NCBI GenBank assembly: GCA_965369655.1
Contig: CBDUQR010000002.1
Location: forward strand, 1 to 64,000
DNA from: an uncultured bacterium
GTDB taxonomy: Bacteria > Zixibacteria > MSB-5A5 > JAABVY01 > JAHJOQ01
DNA: 64,000 bases
Reading direction: 5' to 3'
Below the pieces are notes generated by a model. It did not search any database. It was not told where the DNA came from and saw only the letters and a program-made list of their open reading frames with translations. This document shows, piece by piece, positions 58,518 through 64,000 of this stretch (position 1 is its first letter; each line of letters starts with the position of its first letter). The position numbers were made by a program, and so were the translations under genes.

Positions 58518-59873
58518 ATGATTAGACTAACTCGCAGAAATACGATTGTAATCATTATTGTTTGCGCACTGGCTGCCGCTTGTGTGACGTCCTACCTGTT
58601 GTTTCTCGTTCCAGCCGATGATCTGGAAATGTCTCTCTCGGAACGGCTCGGTATCGCTGAGCCATCTGGCGAGTTTCGTCTCTGGGTCAACAGTTTTCCC
58701 GAGGGCGCGGAGGTTCTGCTTGATGATTCGCTTGTAGGACAAACTCCTCTCTCGCTGGTGGAGTTGCCGGCTGGTCAGTACCTGGTATCTCTTCGCAGCG
58801 AGCGGTTCCATGCGGTCGATACTATCATTTTGGTTTCTGATGAAGGCAGCGTTGAACTGCCGCTGTTCGTACTCCAGAGGACAATTCGTCTCGAAAGCAT
58901 ACCATCCGGAGCAGTCGTGATTCTGAATGGCGAGGAGCTGTCCGGTGTGACACCAATTGAAATTCGCCAGCCATCGAGCGACACGTTCCTTGTTTCATAC
59001 GCTCACCCTGATCTTGGAGGAATCTGGCTTTCCGCTGTAGACCCGTCCGACGGATCGGCAATCGTTCCGCTGGGTCAGCGATGGGAGATCGACAACGGTG
59101 ACCCATTGGTCCTTCACGGTTTGTTCAGCAAAATGTGCACTCTTCGGACGGTTCCGACTTTTGCTTATATTTATCTGCAAGAGACCGACAGCCTCCTCGG
59201 CCTCACCGGTCAGCCAATTGAATTACCCTGTGGCATGAGGGAATATGTGCTCACGAAAGATGATTTCAACACCCTGACAATCGAACTCGATGCATGTGCC
59301 GAGGGCGCATGGGACAACCTGTTTGAATTGACACACGTTCTCCGTGTAAGCGCGGTCTCGTTCGAAGCGCCCGACGGCGACGACATTGGTGCGATGATCA
59401 CCACGCTTCAAAGTGGATCGATTGTGGAGTCCGTCAATGAGCGGACGCCTGCAGATATTGAACTCAGGGGGGTTGAATACCGACTCTGTCTTCAGGCTGA
59501 TGGCTTCGTTGATACCTGTGTGGTGATATCTGCAAGCCAGACGTTAATCAAGGTGAAAATGAAGAGACGGGGACTTGCTCCAGATCTGTCGGGAGCGGTT
59601 CCGGTCTCTGGCGCCGAGCGGGTAGAGTTCCTGGTGCGCGACAAGAGGAGCAAGTCCGGGCTGCCGGGTGTCGATGTCATTGCGCGATTCAAGAGCGAGA
59701 ACCGGACTGTACTGTTAGGAGTAACCGACAGCGCCGGTTACCTGGCTGTCGATCTTACACCCGGTAAGTATGAATTCAGACTCGTCAAGGAAGGATACAA
59801 GCAGGTCAGGAAGAAACATACCGTGAAGCGGGGCCAGACCAAATGGTTTGACATTTTGCTCAAGACGAACTGA
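58518..59873 (+). CDS. Membrane-anchored PEGA domain protein
   Basis: N-terminal TM; VNSFPEGAEVLLD..GQTPL, ESIPSGAVVILNG..GVTP; C-terminal GKYEFRLVKEGY. Confidence 0.8.
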   Translation: MIRLTRRNTIVIIIVCALAAACVTSYLLFLVPADDLEMSLSERLGIAEPSGEFRLWVNSFPEGAEVLLDDSLVGQTPLSLVELPAGQYLVSLRSERFHAVDTIILVSDEGSVELPLFVLQRTIRLESIPSGAVVILNGEELSGVTPIEIRQPSSDTFLVSYAHPDLGGIWLSAVDPSDGSAIVPLGQRWEIDNGDPLVLHGLFSKMCTLRTVPTFAYIYLQETDSLLGLTGQPIELPCGMREYVLTKDDFNTLTIELDACAEGAWDNLFELTHVLRVSAVSFEAPDGDDIGAMITTLQSGSIVESVNERTPADIELRGVEYRLCLQADGFVDTCVVISASQTLIKVKMKRRGLAPDLSGAVPVSGAERVEFLVRDKRSKSGLPGVDVIARFKSENRTVLLGVTDSAGYLAVDLTPGKYEFRLVKEGYKQVRKKHTVKRGQTKWFDILLKTN

Positions 59874-59965
59874 GTCGTCCCCAATTGTTGCACACAGTCG
59901 GCAGCGTGCGGCGTGCGTCGATTTTGTTGTTGCTATATCTGCACGATCTGTTTTTTAGGTTACTT

Positions 59966-61024
59966 ATGAAAGTTGAGATCATTGGAAAGACCGACGTGGG
60001 ATTGCAGCGTGATGCGAATGAGGATTCGTTCGGCATTCTCGAATCCAAACGCCTGGCTGTCGTGTGTGACGGTATGGGCGGTCATGCAGCTGGCGAAGTT
60101 GCTTCGCGCTGCGCGGTAGATACATTACTGAGTCTGTACAAAGGCGCCGAGATTCCGGATGCTGCAGGCGACGCATTCGAATTGTCACCCGAACTGAGCG
60201 AGGAGGCTCGATTCCTCGTTTCTTCCGTACGAATCGCGAATACACGCACATATCTGATGTCGGAGGCGGACCCGCGACTTGCGGGCATGGGTACGACTAT
60301 TGTCGCAGCCGTATTCAGCGGCGGATCGATCACGATTAGTCATGTCGGAGATTCGCGAGCCTACCGGATCAGGAAAAACAGTCTGAGCCAACTGACCGTG
60401 GATCACTCGCTCGTGAGTGAGTTGCTGGCGTCAGGACGGATCACTCAGGAGAAAGCAGGGGAGTATCCTAATCGCAACATTATCACGCGAGCGCTCGGTG
60501 TCAGGGAACGAGTCAGGGTTGACGTACGCGAGCAATGTGTCGAGGCTGGTGATCTCTTTCTTCTATGCAGTGACGGCCTGACGGGAATGGTGAAAGAGAC
60601 GGAGATTCTTCGCATAATCACTGACAGCGATGGCGACCTCGATACGATGGCCGACAGGCTGATTGCCGCCGCCAATGAGGGAGGCGGTGGGGATAACATT
60701 ACGTGCGTTCTCGCTCGTGTGACCAGTGTCACGGAAAAGGACGTGCATGATGTGGAAATGACAACTCTGACGGTGCCGGAGGAGAGGGACTCGGAGCTTG
60801 CCGCTCAACGTATTGTGAGTGATGCGCTGGAGTCGATGCCCGAGGGCATGGCTGGGAATTCGTCCGGCGCAGATGACGCCGATTCTGCTCCTCCGAAGTC
60901 TCGCAGGTTCCCCGGCCTTCTGATAATCTGTCTGGTGGCCGCAGTGGCGCTGATTCTGCTGGCGTTTGTGGCCGATGTTACCGGTACGCGTGAGGCATTG
61001 TCCCGAATGTTCGGTCTCAATTGA
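59966..61024 (+). CDS. PP2C-type Ser/Thr phosphatase (Stp1/PrpC family) with C-terminal TM
   Basis: TDVGLQRDANED, VCDGMGGH, GMGTT, HVGDSRAY, ITRALG, LCSDGL, GGGDNIT. Confidence 0.92.
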   Translation: MKVEIIGKTDVGLQRDANEDSFGILESKRLAVVCDGMGGHAAGEVASRCAVDTLLSLYKGAEIPDAAGDAFELSPELSEEARFLVSSVRIANTRTYLMSEADPRLAGMGTTIVAAVFSGGSITISHVGDSRAYRIRKNSLSQLTVDHSLVSELLASGRITQEKAGEYPNRNIITRALGVRERVRVDVREQCVEAGDLFLLCSDGLTGMVKETEILRIITDSDGDLDTMADRLIAAANEGGGGDNITCVLARVTSVTEKDVHDVEMTTLTVPEERDSELAAQRIVSDALESMPEGMAGNSSGADDADSAPPKSRRFPGLLIICLVAAVALILLAFVADVTGTREALSRMFGLN

Positions 61025-61106
61025 CCCTTAAATCCATCAAGAATGAATGCCTGAATTGATCTCCGGATCAGTTTGTCTTCCCAGTATAGAAGTGTCCGGA
61101 TAAAGC

Positions 61107-61137
61107 AAAAGGAGCGACCCGTTAGGGCCGCTCCTTT
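61107..61137. terminator. Bidirectional intrinsic terminator between convergent genes
   Basis: aaaaggagcgaccc-gtta-gggccgctccttt. Confidence 0.75.
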
Positions 61138-61187
61138 GATTTACTCAGCCTGATACAGTCAGTATCAGAGCCGTAGTGGACATGTTA

Positions 61188-64000
61188 TTAGCAGCAGGCA
61201 GCCGGATCGGGCGCTGGTCCTCCACCGAAGATGTAGTTGATCAGATACACTACATCATCGATGTCGATACCGCCCAAACCGTTGGCATCACCGCAACAGA
61301 TATGATCCACAGGCTCTGGTCCGCCACCGAAGATATAGTTGATCAGATACACCACATCATCGATGTCGACACCACCAGAACCGTTAGCATCGCCCGAAAC
61401 GCAATCGGACACAGGCTCACAACCCGGACAGTCAATGTTAGCACAGATCCAGGTCTTACCCTTATCGATGAGATTTTGCAGATCTGAAAGGCCTGTAAGG
61501 CTCGAGGCCTTCACCTTGCAGTATACGACGCACTCCTCTGCTGCAAGTGTGAGATCCTGAGCGATGACGTACACCGAATTGAGGTCCTCTACTGAATCCG
61601 AGGCGAGAAATCCGGTATGTGTAGCCAACAGATTGCCTATTTCGGCAGGTACATAACCGGAGTTATCATACACCCAGGTGTCGTTTTCGAGGACGATGGC
61701 ACCAACGATATCACCACAGAAGGATGCGCCGCCATAGTAGTCCTCGTAAGGCGAACTGCCGGCGGGACCATACTGGTAGACCATCTGTCTGTCTTCATCG
61801 ACTCCGGACTGGTTGTCACTGCCGTCTTCGCCGTCCGGTATATCCCAGTCGATACCTTCACCGAGATGGATGGTGATAGCGGCATCGGTGTTGTTGCAGA
61901 CTTCAACGCGCTCGATCAGTACACAGACATCCGGGTGCTTCGGCACGTACCACTCAATCACACCGGTGATGGCTGAGTCTGGAGTAGCCCACTCGCCGTG
62001 AGCGTAGTCGTAGTTGACATCATCCACAAGTATCAGCGAGTCTAAAGCGACGAAGCTGACTTTGCTGTTGGAGCCGTCGAACATCGAGAAGAATGTCTGA
62101 GAGACGTCGTCAGCATATGTCACGATGATACCCTCGTCGTACATTGGCGCGAACTCTTCGAGGAACCAGAACATATTGCCGAGATCACTGCGTTGAGCAA
62201 CACCGGCTCTCGGGACGTTCCAGACGCCGATAGACCAGCAAGCGGTCGACAGAATTTCGTATTCCGGCGGGAAGTACTTACAGGCGACCAGAAGGTTGAC
62301 AGGAATGTCGACTTGATCGGAACCTTCAGTACTGGTCAGACTGACACTCACGTTACCGATTTCGGCGGTTTCGTTGGCCACCGGGCCAACGTCCACGGTG
62401 ATAGTGGCTACGGTATTGATACCAGCCGTCACCGTACCGGTACCGCCGGTGATGCTCATCCAGCTTTCAGTTTCGCTTACAATGTAGCCGATCTCGACGT
62501 TACCGGTGTTGACGATAACGACATCAAACGACGTCGTAGTCGGCATCGTGCAGTCGGTACCGCTCGTGGGAGAGATTATCACAGACTGGTCCTCAGGAGC
62601 GACCGAATAGCTGAAAATGGCTTCCGGAGTGAAGCATGGGTACGTGGCGTAGAGAACCTCGTTCTCGGTTTCTTCTCCCTCATCGTGAACGAACGAGCCA
62701 GCGTCATGGTCGCTGACGTAGAAGAGGTGCAGTACACCAGACGAGTATTTGGCCATCGATCCGAAGTTCTCGTTGTGGCATGCACCGGCCACACAGCCGT
62801 CGGAGTATGTATTGGTCAGGTTGACATAAGTGCCGAGCTTGACCGGGACGCCGCTGCCAGCGGTCGTCAGTGTGTCGAATTCGTCCAGGGTGCCGTCGGG
62901 ACCCCATGTGATGCCGCCATCGCTCGATGCAGTCAGGCAGAATTCGCCGTTTGCATAACCATTTGCGGAGCAATCACCGTTGTTGTCACCACGGGGCCAG
63001 GTTCCAAAACGAGTAAACGAAACGTACATGTTGCCGTCGCATTCGGAGATGTTGATTCTGGAAATGGCGCCGAGACCACCACCGATACCGCCGCTGCAGA
63101 ATCCAGTCGGGGAGGTAGCGTCGAGAACGCGCGATATGACGTTGCTGGACTGATCCCAGTGCCACATATTGCCGCGGAACAGCGGCTGGCAAGGATCATC
63201 TTCTCTGAAATCAGGAGTCAGCCAAATGATGTGAAGGTCCCCGTCAGAGTCGTAGACGGCTGATATTTCCGATTGAGCCTTGTGCACAAAATTGATGGGG
63301 TCAAGTGTTCCTCCCTCGGTGTAGTCAGTGATGTTGACTTCCGAACCCCAGGTGGCGCCGCCGTCAGTCGATTCCATGTAGACTATGTCGTGTTGTACCC
63401 ACTGGAAGTTATTGAGATCGCCGGCAGGGTTGCCATCGCCATCACAACTGTTTCTCGGGTCACCCTGCTCGTAGAAAGGTTTGCACCAGATGAGGGCCAC
63501 GTCGTCCGATGTCGGAGCGGGATCAGAGCGAACAGTAGCATTGACCGTATGGGAAGCATCGATGTAGAGGCCGAGCGTGTCGGTAGAGGTACCGGGGCAC
63601 TCAGCGAGATCACCGTCAATATACCGATAGTAGATGATCGATTGTATCGACTCGTCAGGAAGAGCCACCGGCGGCGACTCGGTTGAGACTATGTGCAGTA
63701 TCTCTTCGCCGGTTGTCAGTTTCTGGAACTCACCTACCGGCCAAATGTATGCATCACCTTCATTTGTGCCGGACATTTCTCCCTGGCAGTTCGGTGGACC
63801 CGGCGCCCAGCGACTCACGTCAGGAAGGGCTTGAGGAAAGTAGCCGGACGGTGGCATCATATCTATGCCCGACCTTGTGGAATAGAGCGCCGAACCCGGG
63901 CCTGCATGCCAGAATCCGACCGCAACACCGGCGTCGGTGACGTCAATAGTGGTATATCCGCCATTGTTGGCAGATGCTGAATTCCCGGTGTGGCCCCACA
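61188..64000 (-). CDS. Large secreted protein (BNR/Asp-box-like region, Ig-like domain, C-terminal dockerin); 5' end outside the window
   Basis: Frame stays open to the window edge; STDGGATW and SSDGGITW; GDANGSGGVDIDDVVYLINYIFGGGP and GDANGLGGIDIDDVVYLINYIFGGGP. Confidence 0.85.
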   Translation of the reverse strand, partial: WGHTGNSASANNGGYTTIDVTDAGVAVGFWHAGPGSALYSTRSGIDMMPPSGYFPQALPDVSRWAPGPPNCQGEMSGTNEGDAYIWPVGEFQKLTTGEEILHIVSTESPPVALPDESIQSIIYYRYIDGDLAECPGTSTDTLGLYIDASHTVNATVRSDPAPTSDDVALIWCKPFYEQGDPRNSCDGDGNPAGDLNNFQWVQHDIVYMESTDGGATWGSEVNITDYTEGGTLDPINFVHKAQSEISAVYDSDGDLHIIWLTPDFREDDPCQPLFRGNMWHWDQSSNVISRVLDATSPTGFCSGGIGGGLGAISRINISECDGNMYVSFTRFGTWPRGDNNGDCSANGYANGEFCLTASSDGGITWGPDGTLDEFDTLTTAGSGVPVKLGTYVNLTNTYSDGCVAGACHNENFGSMAKYSSGVLHLFYVSDHDAGSFVHDEGEETENEVLYATYPCFTPEAIFSYSVAPEDQSVIISPTSGTDCTMPTTTSFDVVIVNTGNVEIGYIVSETESWMSITGGTGTVTAGINTVATITVDVGPVANETAEIGNVSVSLTSTEGSDQVDIPVNLLVACKYFPPEYEILSTACWSIGVWNVPRAGVAQRSDLGNMFWFLEEFAPMYDEGIIVTYADDVSQTFFSMFDGSNSKVSFVALDSLILVDDVNYDYAHGEWATPDSAITGVIEWYVPKHPDVCVLIERVEVCNNTDAAITIHLGEGIDWDIPDGEDGSDNQSGVDEDRQMVYQYGPAGSSPYEDYYGGASFCGDIVGAIVLENDTWVYDNSGYVPAEIGNLLATHTGFLASDSVEDLNSVYVIAQDLTLAAEECVVYCKVKASSLTGLSDLQNLIDKGKTWICANIDCPGCEPVSDCVSGDANGSGGVDIDDVVYLINYIFGGGPEPVDHICCGDANGLGGIDIDDVVYLINYIFGGGPAPDPAACC

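Noticed and set aside
61200-61400. Direct DNA repeats as a DGR template/variable repeat
   Set aside because: They encode the two dockerin Ca-loops, both within the CDS, and no reverse transcriptase is present in the window
62193-63263. 356-aa plus-strand ORF
   Set aside because: Antisense shadow of the dockerin-bearing gene

Overview
Bacterial chromosomal window with about 45 CDS. No tRNA, rRNA or CRISPR array was recognisable by eye. Proteins with 'IDIDDVVYLI.YIF.GGP.P' dockerins and 'QNYPNPFNP...RKMILLK' C-terminal sorting domains suggest an FCB-group organism such as candidate Zixibacteria (inference). Housekeeping and signalling genes include an FAD oxidoreductase, a DAACS symporter, a UvrD helicase, iscS/iscU, pdxS/pdxT, a CHASE-PAS hybrid kinase and a TolC-MFP-RND efflux set. 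Five things stand out. (1) A set of secreted cohesin and dockerin proteins, including a 1680-aa scaffoldin-like protein. (2) An AmmeMemoRadiSam locus whose proteins carry export signals (Tat-like radical SAM, lipoprotein-like AmrB-AmrA fusion), next to DUF362 and a spermidine-synthase-like membrane protein. (3) An orphan tail-assembly-chaperone/DUF6760 pair with a lambda G/GT-type -1 slippery site. (4) A sigma54 activator and three paralogous type IV pilins, each with its own -24/-12 promoter, plus an inverted ~50-bp repeat pair that brackets 14.6 kb between pilins 2 and 3. (5) A nested REP/MITE repeat system, including an apparent in-frame insertion at the start of a HEAT-repeat gene. All family calls come from motif recognition by eye; no database search was run.
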